From: Felis catus
Lineage: Eukaryota
DNA length: 64,000 bases
Reading direction: 5' to 3'
Assembly: GCF_018350175.1 (NCBI RefSeq)
Contig: NC_058368.1
Location: 203,176,001-203,240,000 of the forward strand
Below the pieces are notes generated by a model. It saw only the letters and a list, made by a program, of their open reading frames with translations. It was not told the origin of the DNA and did not search any database. Of the stretch, positions 37,490 through 49,939 are shown piece after piece; within the stretch, counting starts at the first letter, position 1, and each line of letters starts with the position of its first letter. A program made the translations under genes and the position numbers.

Positions 37490-38400
37490 GCCCCCACCAC
37501 CCTCGCCCGACGTGGCGGCCCCAAGGCTCACCGAGGGCGGCGGTGGCCAGAGCAGGGTTGTGTGCGCTGAGCAGGCCCACGAGGGCCGCCACCAGCTGAT
37601 CCAGGAAGGGCGAGGCGTTGGCCTCGCGGTCCTGGTAGAGGGGCGCGCGCCGCTTGCGCCGTAGGTAGAAATGCTCCTGCAGGAGGCAGTCACACGCGGC
37701 GGCGCGCAGGGCCTCCAGGTCCAGGGTGGGCGATGGCTCGGCGGGCTCGGCGGGCGGCGGCGGCGGCAGTCCCGACAGGAACACTGTCTTGGTGAAGCCC
37801 TGATACCAGCGGTCAGCGTTCAGGGCGAAGGTCTGCGGATAAACCACGTACTTCATGAACTGCATCTTGGTGAGGATTCGCAGCTTCTCGTCCACCGACT
37901 CGGCCGCGTGCACCGTCGCCTGCCACCGCTCCACTCGCCGCTGCCGTGCCGCCTTGCTTTTGGCAGTCAGAGACGCCACAATCGGCGGGTAGCGCGCGAC
38001 GGGGGCCGCCGCGACAACTGCGCCGGTCACTTCTGGAGCCGCGACAGCGGCCTCGGCCGCAGTGTGCAATGACAGCCGCGACCCGCGGAGGGCTAGCCTG
38101 CAACACCTGGCCGCCGCCATCTTTGCTCGGGGTTTGCGACCCAGAGGTTAATTTCAGCAAATGTCCCTGCCCTCTTTGCCGTAAGGACCAATGGAAAGCG
38201 GAATTTGAGAAGGAGGCCGTTTCTCAGAGGGCCTGAGGTACGTTGCGTCATTCATTTCTTAGCCAATCATATCACTCCTCCAACTTAGTTTCCAGTGTCC
38301 AGCAGTGTTTGTAGACCGAAGGCCGAACTTGTGTGCTAGTAGGTTTTCCGCCGGCCTGGCTGGGAAGAGCAAGACTTTTAAGAAGGAATTGCCGCTACCT
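37490..38400. promoter_or_regulatory. CpG island / MRPS30 promoter
   Basis: Sharp rise in GC and CpG density over exon 1. YY1-type GCCGCCATCTT overlaps the ATG (38113-38123); CCAAT at 38188-38192; AGCCAATCA at 38261-38269; TTGCGTCA at 38243-38250; no TATA box seen. Confidence 0.9.
37532..38120 (-). CDS. MRPS30: MRPS30 (mL65, mitochondrial ribosomal protein) coding exon 1
   Basis: [16 protein letters not shown]...[19 protein letters not shown]...[29 protein letters not shown]...[13 protein letters not shown] is recognisable as MRPS30. Arg/Ala-rich N-terminus resembles a mitochondrial presequence. Donor TCG|GTGAGC at 37532/37531; 589 nt, phase 1. Confidence 0.97.
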
Positions 38401-39869
38401 GGGTTGCTTTTCCCACCACGGCACAAACCTCCTGCAGGAAACCATTTAGGAACGTTCTGCACCGTAACCTCTAGCCCTTGGTTACATTTACTAGTCTGCA
38501 TTGTGTTCCACCTCTGTGCTGTTTTAGTTTTTAGGGTTGAAATTTGTTAAAAATTTTGTTCTAAAATGTTTTATTGATAATACGTTATTTTTTAAACAAT
38601 GCAAGCAGCACTTATAAATGACTATTACTAGCCTTTGAGAAAATAATTCCATGTCTCTGTATGCTAATTGATATATAGATAATTGGCTTAATTTGTTTGA
38701 ATTCCCCTGATTTTTCAAAACGGGGAATATACTTTTATTTGGCTTTAGCTGGAAAAAAAAAAGGAAGGAAATAATAAAAAAAAAAACACTAAGGAGTTAT
38801 GTTCAAATTTTGCTTTGTGTTAAAACTCATTATTTCAACATGAGTTGATTCCTACTAATCTGTGAGCTCCTTGAAGAAAGGAACTTTTATTTTTTTAATC
38901 CTCAGCTATCAATACCTGTGCATAGTAGATCATCACTAAATACCAGCTGAAAATGTCACCTAAATCACTAAAAAGTTTAGCTTATTTCAGGCAATCTAGT
39001 TTATGGACTCACTCTCCATTACAACTAGGAACTAGAATCATGTTTGTTTGCATTTATTGCAATAATTATTGAGGGTATTGAAAACCAAACATTTTGTTGC
39101 TAAAAGGAAGTTATGACTTATGTATACCTTTGCATAAGAAATGATGGTACAACTTAACTATGAACTTGCAGGTCTATTAAACTGACATTTAGAAACATAT
39201 ACTTTAAATTCATTACAATAATATCTTCTGTGAGAAGTTGCTAGCAGAATTCTCAAATATCTTGACATTAATATACCAAAAGGAGGACATAAGAGAGTTA
39301 AGATCTTTAAACTTTTTTCAGTATTTAAAAGGTAAAAGCAACGTGTTCAGTATTACCCAAAGTGACCCTTCTTTGTGTGAAGAAATCATAAATATATTTT
39401 TAGAGAATATATCATAGAAATCCTAGCTCAACAGTTGTAGGTAGTTTCGTACTATTCCAACATAGATTTTAGGATTAGAAATCAGAACTAGAGACCAATT
39501 AACACTGTAAGACAGAACAGTATTTTCAGAAATTGCTTTTATACTTTTTTGGTCTGTGAATCAAAATAATTTTAATTATCCAATATTTGCTGATTGTCAA
39601 CATTATGAACCAAGGAGGGAGCCTCTGGGAAAGGAAAGAGCATGCTTACTGAAGGCTGGGGCAGGACCACATAAGTATAAACAAAAGAGCATACTAGTGA
39701 GAAAGAATCCAGTCAGGACCATTTGGAAAGAAGTAGGCTTTCTTTCCAGTATGATCCAAAGTTCTTGTATTACACACAAAGAAAGAGATATAAAGGGCAA
39801 GTCATACAGCATGGTAGGGGCAGTATCGGGACTAAAATCCAGGTTATTTGCCTGTCTGTCAGTTGTATT

Positions 39870-40440
39870 TAATGAATAATTTTTTAATGCATTTTATGTG
39901 GTAGGCAGTGTACAAAGTGCTTGGGATACTCCGTGAACCAAACAGACAAAAGCTTGTACTCTAACAGAAGGAAACACATAATACAATATAAAAAATGAGT
40001 AAATGATATGATTTGTTAAAAGGAAGTAAACGTTATGAAAAAAAAAAAAGAGCAGGGGAAGTAAGGCTCATCAATGCAGTCTGCAGGGAGAGGGTTTGCA
40101 ATTTAAAGTATGTAGTCAAGAGTAATGCTCATGGAAAAGAAAACACTGGAGTGAAAGCCTGAAGGAAGTGAAGGAGTGATTCATGCTAATATCTAGGGAA
40201 AGAGGATTCCAGCAGGACGCTGAGATAGAAACATACCTGGTGGGTTCAAGAACCAGGAAGGAGGCCAGTGAGACTGAAGGAAATGACACATGTGGAGAGT
40301 AGAAGGAAATGGTATTAGAAATGGAACCAGAATTTATAGGTTCCCAGAGGCAACTGCTAGGATTATTAAGACTTCATAGTCGGGGAGGAGTGGGAAGCCA
40401 TTGGAAATTTCTACTCAGAGGGAGGTCCTCGTGTGTCTTA
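39870..40440 (-). mobile_element. L2 fragment
   Basis: gtaggcagtgt...gtgaaccaaacagacaaa...gaaagcctgaaggaagtgaagga...gttcaagaac.aggaaggaggccagtg...gggaagccattgga. Confidence 0.65.
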
Positions 40441-40461
40441 GGTTTTAAAAGAATTACTCCA

Positions 40462-40800
40462 TGTATTAGGTAGCTTGTGTGATTTAACAACAAAAATGTA
40501 TTTTCTCCTAGTTCTAAAGGCTGCAAGTCTGAGATCAGGGTAACAGTATGGTTGGGCTCTGGTGAGAGCTCTCGTCTGGCTTGAGGACAGCTGCTTTGCA
40601 GTGTCCTCACATGGCAGAGAGAGACTGAGCTTGCTGGTGTCCTTTATCATAAGGAGAGAAGCCTGTCAGATTAGTGTCCTAATTGTATGACCTCGTTTAA
40701 CCTTAATTACTTCCCTAAAGGCTCTACCTCCAAATACAGTCACATTGGGGGTTACAGCCTAAACATATGAATTTTAGAAGGCCACAACTCAGTCTAGAAC
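40462..40800 (-). mobile_element. MaLR MLT1A-like solo LTR
   Basis: tgtattag...aacaacaaaaatgtattttctcctagttctaaaggctgcaagtctgagatcaggg...atgacctcgtttaaccttaattac...ccaaatacagtcacattggggg. Confidence 0.8.
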
Positions 40801-41135
40801 ACTATGGCTGATTGGGAAATAAAGATTGTGGAGGGTCAAATTTGGAAGCAGTGAAACCATTAGAAGACAATTTGGCATATTTTTGATTCTGGCTAGAAGC
40901 AACAATAGCAGTAAAGAAGGTGAGTGGTTACAGATTCTGAACCGAATGTAGGTATGAGAAAGTCGCCCAGTCAGATAGGAGAAGGTCTATGGACAAGGGA
41001 TGCATTTTTCCTTTAGTCTCTCGTATTTTTCTGGGGTGGATGTTGGAGAGTGAGTTGATTTGGGGAAGGAAATAGGAGAATTTGTGAAACATGAATTTAT
41101 CTATTTATATGTGTTTATATAATTGAGACTCTTCT

Positions 41136-41345
41136 GGGGTGCTTGGGTGGCTCAGTCATTTGGGCGTCCAATTTCAGCTCAGGTCATGATCTCGTGGTTT
41201 GTGGGTTCGGTCCCCATGTCAGACTCTGTGCTGACAGCTCAGAGCCTGGAGCCTGCTTCAGATTCTATGTCTTCCTCTCTCTCTCTGCCCTCCCCCACTT
41301 GCACTCTGTCTCTCTCTCTCAAAAATAAATAAACACTAACAAAAT
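41136..41345 (+). mobile_element. Can-SINE
   Basis: ggggtgcttgggtggctcagtc..., (CT)n, aaaaataaataaac. Confidence 0.9.
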
Positions 41346-42218
41346 TTAATTGACATTCTCCTAGAAGAAAATGGATATTAACATCTTCCCTAGTAAGGTT
41401 GCCACTGGTCTTCAATTTAAATATTGTAGTCAAAAGCTATGACATTCACCAAGGATTTTTGAGCCCTCTCTACTTGATTCATTCAATAAATATTTATCAA
41501 GTGACTTATTATATGCCAGCATATATGTGTTCTAGGTACACAGGATATGGCAGTGAAATAACGGCTTTCATGGAGCTCACATGCTAGTGGATAAAGTCAT
41601 CTAACCAAAAAATCAAATATACGTGTCTATGTTAGATGGTGATAGGAGGTAATAGGAAAAATACAGCAGGGAAGGAGACCAAATAGTATAGGGTTGAGCG
41701 GAGTGATTTCAATAGACAGGGCAGAGAAGCTCCTCTTCCCTGCACCCCCCCTCCCCGGAAGGATAGGGCCACGTGCACATCCAGAGGACAAATCTGAGAA
41801 AGGGCAAAAGCCACAATATACCTGGAAAGTGGGAAGAATATGGAGGCCAGTGGGCTAACATGGAATGGGATGTTGCCATTTTGTCAGTGACAGCCAGTAT
41901 CTTACTCAGAAACAGGTTCTGATGAGTTGGGTGATATTTATAATCACAGTTTCTCCCCCCTGTCGTGGTTGGGCATCAGAACAACTCTGCTGATGTTTGG
42001 GTGAGACAAAAGCTGCCTAGTTGATTGTAATCCTTAGTCGAGCTTCTTAGGTCTACTGAGGATGTGGGAAGGAAATGGCAACAGGATGTTTTCTATGTGC
42101 AGATATGGATGGGAGTGACAGCTGGTCCTTTTGAGCTGTTTCCTTCACATATATTTCTTACCTGGTTGCATATATAACACATTTACATAAAACTGAAAAT
42201 ATAAAGTATTACTAGGGG

Positions 42219-42221
<3 letters not shown>

Positions 42222-42254
<33 letters not shown>

Positions 42255-42268
42255 CGTGCGCACGCGCG
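42222..42268. repeat. (TG)n-(CGTG)n alternating purine-pyrimidine tract
   Basis: gtgtgt...gtgcgtgcgtgcgcacgcgcg. Confidence 0.92.
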
Positions 42269-44029
42269 GGTGTGAAATATTTTTGATGGTTGGTTTAGAA
42301 TCCCCAGGAAGGAAGCTAAGTATCTACATCTTATGCCAGGTACCATATTAGATATTTCATATGTGTCATCTCCCGTAATCTCACAGTCGTGCTCCAAAGG
42401 GAATATTATTTTTCTTCTGGTTTATTTGCAAAATCATGGAACTCTTGCTCAGAACAAAGAATAGCTCAAACAATTTTGAAAAAGAAGAATAAAGTGGGAG
42501 GATCAGGCTACTTGACTTTAAGGCTCTCAAGATCATCGTCAATGGAAGAAAGATAGCCTTTTCAGCAAATGGTGTTGAACTAGACATCAACAGGTCAAAA
42601 CCAAAACAAAGTAAGAAAAAAAAAAACAACAACATTTGACCTCTTACATCTTTTGGAAAAATTAAAGTGGATCAAAACTTAAACATAAAATTATTAGAAA
42701 AAAATAACTTGCAAAGTACCCTCTTAAGAACTTGAAAAGTGTAAGTTTGTATTTATCATTCTTGGTGGTGGTGCTGGTGGCATTGGGGGTAGTTAAGCAG
42801 TACACATGTAAATAGGGGTGTAACTCTTGTTTTGACAAAGTATATATGTTGGCCATTTTCATAATTGAAAATTTCATCTACAAAAATAACTACACGTGAG
42901 AACACGTCTGTGATTTTCACTCCTCAAGATAAGTTTGATTAACAAGTAGATAGCATTTCAGACTTCCAAGAAACTGCTAATTCAGGATTCTCCAACTTCT
43001 TGGTTAGCTTCTTTTATTGGTATTCTTTTGATTAGAACTTGCTACTTTTCAGCACGTTTACATAATTTATAATCAATGTTTTACAAAGGCAAATCAGAGC
43101 CACTGGAGGGGTTTAGTGTCCCCCTTAAAATTAATTTTTCTTAAATGATACATGGCCAAGCTAACCAATGCAGAGTCCAAAGAATGTGCAGTAAAATTCT
43201 CTGTTCCTTCCTCATTCCCAGTCCCTCCTTTTCCTTCTCCAGAGGCAATTACTGTCAACAGCCTCCTGTACATTCTTCTAAAGAATGACATTCCTGCATA
43301 AGAATATCTACGTACATATACACATACTCAGAAGTCGAGTGAGATGCTGTTTATTCTTGTTACTGACGCCTATTCAAGCCTGCTCTGAAAAGCTATTTCT
43401 TTCCTGCATCTTGGAAAAAATTTAGGGCAAGTTCTATTATTTTTCTAATTGATCTTAGTAAGTCCTCCAGTTGCTTCTAGGCACAAAAATATCTTAGTCC
43501 TATAATTACATGCTCAGTTCAGTGCAATAAGAAACAGAAAAAAAAAATGCTGTCAACTTTATTTAAAGTTCTGTCTTCTTTCCGCCCTTTTCCCAGTCGG
43601 CCTAGGCTGTCTGCTTGCTGTAGGAGGAGGGCAGGCTTGCCACAGGCTTCCTCTGTTTCCCCACAGCAGCTTCTCACCCAGCTCACTAGGCTGCCAAGCT
43701 GTGAATCAGGCACCAGTCCACTATCCTCCCAAACTCTAGAAGACCAGTACTAAGCTCCTCCAAAGGGTCCCATTAGAAGGTCATTTTCTAGCTAAGTTGA
43801 AGGTAAGGGCATCACCTTTTCTGCCCTCTCAATGACGACGTTGGGGAGACAGATTCTCGGTGTACACTCTCAGTCTCTCCCGTCTTTTGGGATGGGGGAA
43901 GGGGTTAAAAACACAAAATTATGTTCTATAAACTTCTTTGCAATTCCTGCATGGGTAGACTGGCAATTTACCTAAAGTGGAACTAGCTGGTACCTCATGT
44001 TTTGGGGCTTTACCTGAAAATAAGACAGC

Positions 44030-44270
44030 AATAATTATATATACACATATATAGGTATATAATATTATTATAGATACATATATGCATATATGCCATATTA
44101 TATATTATTGTGTATACATGTGTGTATATTATATATACATATCTATTATATATGCTACAGTATATATATTAAAGTATATATTATATGTATAATGTTATGT
44201 ATGTGTACATATAGAGAGAAATTGAGAGAGAGATGGGGTGAGGGAGAGAGAGAGAGAGAGACAGAGAGAT
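44030..44270. repeat. Degenerate (TA)n low-complexity tract followed by (GA)n
   Basis: Seen directly. Confidence 0.85.
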
Positions 44271-44279
44271 ACCCTCTTT

Positions 44280-44368
44280 TTTTTAACATGAAATGTATTG
44301 TCAAATTGGTTTCCATACAACACCCAGTGCTCATCCCAACAGGTGCCACCTTCAGTTTATTCTCAGTT
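44280..44368 (-). mobile_element. Very short 5'-truncated feline L1 3' end
   Basis: tattgtcaaattggtttccatacaacacccagtgctcatcccaacaggtgcc matches the recalled cat L1 3' terminus; TSD at(a/g)ccctctttttt at 44269 and 44369. Confidence 0.8.
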
Positions 44369-45305
44369 ATGCCCTCTTTTTTGAAAGCATTTTTCATATA
44401 TAATTAAGGACTCAAATATTCTCATTGTAAGTTTTGAGTTTTACATTCTAATACAAGCATTGGTCACCCACTGGAATGTATGGTCATTTTATAAGAACAA
44501 AAACATTTGATTAATCAAATCACCCATTCCCTCATCTTTTGCCTTACTAAGAAAGTTCCTGGGGAAAGCAATCTTTCCAGAACATAAAGGCAAGCTTCAC
44601 AAGGAGAGGCTCTTTGCCCCCCCCACCCCAACTCTTTTTTTTTCTCTTCCTGAAATGAAGACGCAGGAAGACATAAACCATCAAGACAAAAGCCCCATCC
44701 TAAGAGTGGATAAGAAGCAGAAAAATAGGTGCTCCTGGGACATTCATATCATCTTTAAGTCATACACTAGTCCAGACGCATGCCTCCAGTCTTTTTGTTA
44801 TGTGAGGGGGGAAAAATGAACAATAAACACAGGTTTATTGCTATGCTATAGATATGTTTATCTGCAATCTGTTTTCTTTTACTCTTGGCTTCAGAGCAGC
44901 AGACCTGATCACTGCCTCCCACAAAGCTCATAAAACTATAAATATTTTATATTGATGCTTATATAGAGAGAAAACATATGAATTTTTCTGTTTGAGGAGG
45001 ATTTATTTTAAATAAAAAGAGAATTAATCTCATACATACCACGAACAGTCCTCTAGGGCAATAGATAAAAATATAACTCACTTTTTTCCATAGCTGCATT
45101 ATAGTCATGCTATGCATTTACCATAATTTATTTAGGCAATCTCTTGGAAGAACATTCAGGTTAATTCAATTTTTTAAATTTCTTTCTTTCCTTTTTTACA
45201 TTATAAGCAGTAAGGTAATAAATATTTTTAAGTACTGATGCTTTTATTTTTGTGGGCTAGACTCTGAAGAGTGGAGTTTCTGGGACACAAATAATATGCA
45301 TTTTT

Positions 45306-45523
45306 AAAAAAAAATTTTAATGTTTATTTATTTTTGACAGAGAAAGAGAGACAGAGCATGAGCGGGGGAGGGGCAGAGAGAGAGGGAGACACATAATCGG
45401 AAGCAGGCTCCAGGCTCTGAGCTGTCAGCACAGAGCCCGATGCGGGGCTTGAACTCACAGACCACGAGATCATGTCCTGAGCCGAAGTCAGACGCTCAAG
45501 CGACTGAGCCACCCAGGAGCCCC
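45306..45523 (-). mobile_element. Can-SINE
   Basis: Body ending ...cacccaggagcccc; flanking gcattttta on both sides. Confidence 0.92.
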
Positions 45524-46084
45524 GCATTTTTATATTTAGACATATTACCTACCATTATGTTCCCATCCTGGTCATAAATGCACATTTTCTCACATTCTCA
45601 CCATATTTGCCAAAGTATATGAAATGTCACCATTCTTGATCATACCTCCATATAGGTATTATCTCCCATAATGTAAATTCCATGAGAGCCAGAATCTTGT
45701 CTTTGTCACAGCTATCTCCCTAGCACCAGGAGAATATAGATTTCCACAGTAGGCAACTAAGAAGAGATCTTAACTTTAGGTATATTCTTTTTAAACACAT
45801 ATATATACCCAAAGAATAATAATATAATTACTTTTCAATATTCATGTGCCATATAGATTATTATCTTCCCTACAACCAGCTAGGAGAAGAAATCTAGGAA
45901 TAGAATGTACTTATGACTTATTTGGTGGCAGCGAAGTAAGAAAGATGGAGGTCTGGTTGGGAGAATATAGCAGGAACTTCTGATTCTTTTGGTGGTCACG
46001 TGAATATGCTGTGCTCCTCAGCAGAGACAGGACTAAAAGGGGAGAAAAGAGTTAAGTGGGGCAAACATGTGGAGCCAGTAATAA

Positions 46085-46245
46085 GGTATCTCAGTCACCT
46101 CCAGTGCAAACCTTAAGGGGTGCAAAAAACTCAGTAATCAACATAAATAATAATTTAATGAAACATCTTTAAAAATCAAAATCAATATCAAAAAGTCCAT
46201 GATGAACAAACTATGAACATTTTTTTAAAACGGCAGGATCAGGAG
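46085..46245. mobile_element. MER96B-like hAT fragment
   Basis: ggggtgcaaaaaactcagtaatcaa.ataaataata...aaaaatcaaaat...ccatgatgaacaaa; family from recall. Confidence 0.5.
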
Positions 46246-47745
46246 AAGCACTGATATAGTCACAATCTACTCAGAGTCAATAAGTGAGCCTCGACAAGCA
46301 TGCATATGATGCTTTCTTAAATGTTAAACGGTGAGTTTCCCTTCATCCTTTTCTCTATCTGCCGGTTGTTTCTGGTCCTCGCTCCCCACCAAGAACTTTT
46401 TAGGAGGATACCAATGAAATTAAATATACTTTTTTTCTTATATACAGGGCTAGATTTTAATATTGCTTAGTATCTCACCAAACTGATTATACCCTAAGCA
46501 TAAGGCTACATATTTTCCTATTTCTTTGTCATTGAAATGTGAGCATTTCATGCCTGCAATATAAAGTTTCTGAAATGCAAACGTATATTTCAAATGTTCT
46601 TTCAACTTACACAACACAGTGTTCCTTAGGCACATGGCAGTAATCTGTTATATTTGGAACATATGGCTGCATTTGATACATCAAGTGTCTTTTACAAGTG
46701 AAGTCATCATCCCAGTTTTATGGAAACTTGTCTGCAATATGACACAGGGGAAAGACCATGATTTTCCTCTCATTATTCATTACATTTTTTTTCAAATTCA
46801 CATCAATATAAGTGGGTCTAAAAATTAATTTTTCCTAAAATAACTCAAGTAGTTAAAATAATCTTAAACAACTTATTATAAGCAGTCATCAAAGTGTGGT
46901 ATTCACAGTGGGAAAATAAATTGTTACCGCCTTTTGGGAGAGTACTTTGGTGATACAGTTGAGCCTCCTAAAACGCCCATTACTACTAACCCTGAGGAAA
47001 TTACTCATAATTCAAAGAGAGTGACTCAGTATAATTTGAGTGCTGCCCACTCCCAGGAAAAAGTTGAGCTTTGCCCAAGTCGGGGCCAGAGGCTGACCTC
47101 TCACTGCACCATTACCATCACTGTCACCACTCCCTATGCGATCTAAGTCCCTGCTGTCTTATCAGGGATGTTTGAAGATCCCAGAACCACTGAACCACAT
47201 ATGGGATCCGTCCTCCGTCTAGGACTGCTTGTCTGTGCATCCTTCCACCCAGCTTCCTGGTCCTCCACCAAGAACACTTTTCCCTCCCCTTTCCAATTAG
47301 TGCGCCCTCTGCCCTGTCGACTGTCTTCTTTCTTGCATTTGTGTCTCCACTTTGCCTCTTCCTCTCCTTCCTCTAGGCTCTGTTTTATATAGTCATGCAT
47401 GAGAAGGAAAACAGCCCTGAAAACATGGTCTTTACTTCAGGTTACAGAAATTCAATCATTGTTTACCTTGCAGTGACATCTGAGGTAGAAAAAATGGTCT
47501 CAGGGTAAAAGTGAAAGAGGGGAAGAGGGAAAGACATAAAGAATAACTTGCTTGGCACTTTGCAATATAATGTTTGTTATTTGTCATAGGAAATTTGTGA
47601 TCATAAGTAGTAAACATTTGTAATAGCAAATAGCATACTTACACACAATTATCTAATAACAAGGGATTGTTTAGATAAGGTGTACATTTAAATTAAAAAA
47701 TACTATGAAACCAATAAAATAAAATTTATAAAACAATAAAATGCT

Positions 47746-47965
47746 GGGGCACCTGGGTGCCTCAGTCGGTTAATGCCACCTTTGGCTCAGGTCATGATCC
47801 CATGATTTGTGAGTTTATGAGTTTGAGCCCTGTGTAGGGCTCTGTGCTGACAGCTCAGAGCCTGGAGCCTGCTTCAGATTCTGTTCTCCCTCTCTCTTTG
47901 CCCCTCCTCCGCTTGTGCTCTCCCTCTCTCTCAAAAAGAAATAAATAAACATTAAGAAATTTTAA
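47746..47965 (+). mobile_element. Can-SINE
   Basis: TSD aaaa(c/t)aataaaatgct; internal micro-duplication tgagttt. Confidence 0.9.
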
Positions 47966-49939
47966 AAAATAATAAAATGCTTTTGAAATAAAGACAAATT
48001 TTAAAACCAAGATTTACAAGAAAACCTGCATAAACCGCATGATCTAATAAGACCTATATGCACACAAAGACACGTAGAAAAACCCAGGAAAGAAGTGCAA
48101 TTAAAATGTTGACGAAGGTTGAAAGCAGGTGATGAAATTATTGGCATTTTTCTTCCCTGTAATTTCTAATTTATCTTTATTCTTTCTTTCTTTTACAAAT
48201 CAGAACAAAATTTAACTTAGAAGAAGTTAAGAAAAAAAGTAAGATATTACCAGAATCTGAATAGATGCCTCAGATATTATTCCACCAGATGGCCAATTAC
48301 TTGCTAAATATATCTGATCATATAGTAAAATTCTAACCCAAAGTAGAATTCTGGGTTAGACTGTATTGACCTTCCATGTCAAAGTTTAATTGTCTGCTCA
48401 CCCAAGTTCAAATTGGAGAGAATAAACTAGAAAATTCAAGGGCTAGAATTTGGAAGAAGCTATCAGAAGAAGTGGAGTCAAAACAGAGAATAACCTGAAA
48501 GAAGCCAGTGTGGAATCAGAACAAGTTAACAGTTACCCCGGAACAAGCTCACTTTTGGTTCAAGTGCAGGCTTAATGGCCTACAACTTGAACTGACAAAA
48601 ACAAAACAAAACAGCAACAACAAGATGGCTTCCCAAGATGGCTTCCCAGAACCCAAGATGGCTTCTCCTTGCAGAGGCTTCCCAAGGAGCCAGGTAGCAG
48701 GAAGAGGACCAAGGTAAAAGGCACAATGTCACATCCAGCCTGTCTGCACTCTCCATCAATGGGAGAGAAAACAGAATCTTAGACTTGTGCCCACGAAGTG
48801 TCATTCTGAACTAGCGAGAAAGTAATGTCTTGACAGAGGAGCTGCCTTTATAGCCACACCTCCATGGTTCTCTGAGCCCAGCAGTCATCAAAATATGAAA
48901 TCTGTGATGTGGGTTGAAGACTCTGGACCTGAGTTTATCCTTTATATTGTAATGGCCATATCTCTGTGTAGAGTCTTGTATGCCATATAAATTTCGTGTA
49001 TGATGTTTGAGGCGATGGCCAACTAGGGCGGAACTATGAGCAGATAAATTATTCCATATGAGAAAGTTGCTGGTGACAGCAAAGATTAAATAAAAGGGGT
49101 CAGAATGGAGGCACAGGAAGTTTTAATAAAGCTATTGCAATGGTCAAGAGAAAAATGATGAGAATCTGAACAAAGCTAGCTGAAGTAGTGGTGGAAAGAG
49201 GAATCTATAGGAGAGACATTTTGGGTGTATAATGAACGGAATTTGTATGAGGGAAATAAAGAAAATGAGAAATCTTCTGGAATAACTCTAAGGGAAACAA
49301 TACAGATGGTGGCATCATTTTCCAAATGTGAAGAAAAAATGTTTGTGGGAGAAGATGATGAATCCAGTTTTGGATAGCTTCTTACCAACCATTTGCTATA
49401 TGACAATGGAACTCAGGACAAAGGATGAGGCTAGAAATACAGATGTTGGGATCAATAAATATGTGGTAGGTTGAAACCATGAGCATCAGTGAGATTGCCT
49501 TAAGACATTATTGAGAATGAGAACAGAGTGGTTTGGAGACTTGATGGCTACCAATATTTTAGGGGTTGACAGATTAGAGAAACTTTGCCAAGGTAAAGGG
49601 AGAGAAACCTCTTCAGAGGGAGGGAGAAGGCCAGGAAAGAGAGGTTTGGTAGAAATCATACTAGGGAATCCCAAATAGTGTTGAACCCTGAAGAGAATTC
49701 AAATAAGAAACAGATCATTCCTATTGATTTGAGAACAAAGAAGGTATTACTGACACAAGTGAGAACACAATTATGGAGTAAACTGAAAACGATATTGCTG
49801 TGGGTTGTGTAGGCGAGGAGGTGGAATCCATGAGTTCTTTTAAAAAACTGTAATTTAAGATTGAATACGTGCAAGATGATATTGATAATATTTTTCTAAA
49901 ATTTTAAGAATAAAACAAAATAAACAGGCAGGTACCCAG

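Noticed and set aside
37434..37531. C-terminal extension of the 228-aa ORF (GEPWGRHV...FFFFFFFS)
   Set aside because: Read-through into intron 1 past a canonical donor; the poly-Phe comes from the T24 tract.
37671..38236. Overlapping ORFs 37671-38072 (+), 37813-38160 (-), 37946-38236 (+)
   Set aside because: Alternative-frame shadows in GC-rich exon 1 with no recognisable protein.
48621..48665. CRISPR-like short repeats
   Set aside because: Eukaryotic DNA; only 10-bp repeats with no regular spacers and no cas genes.
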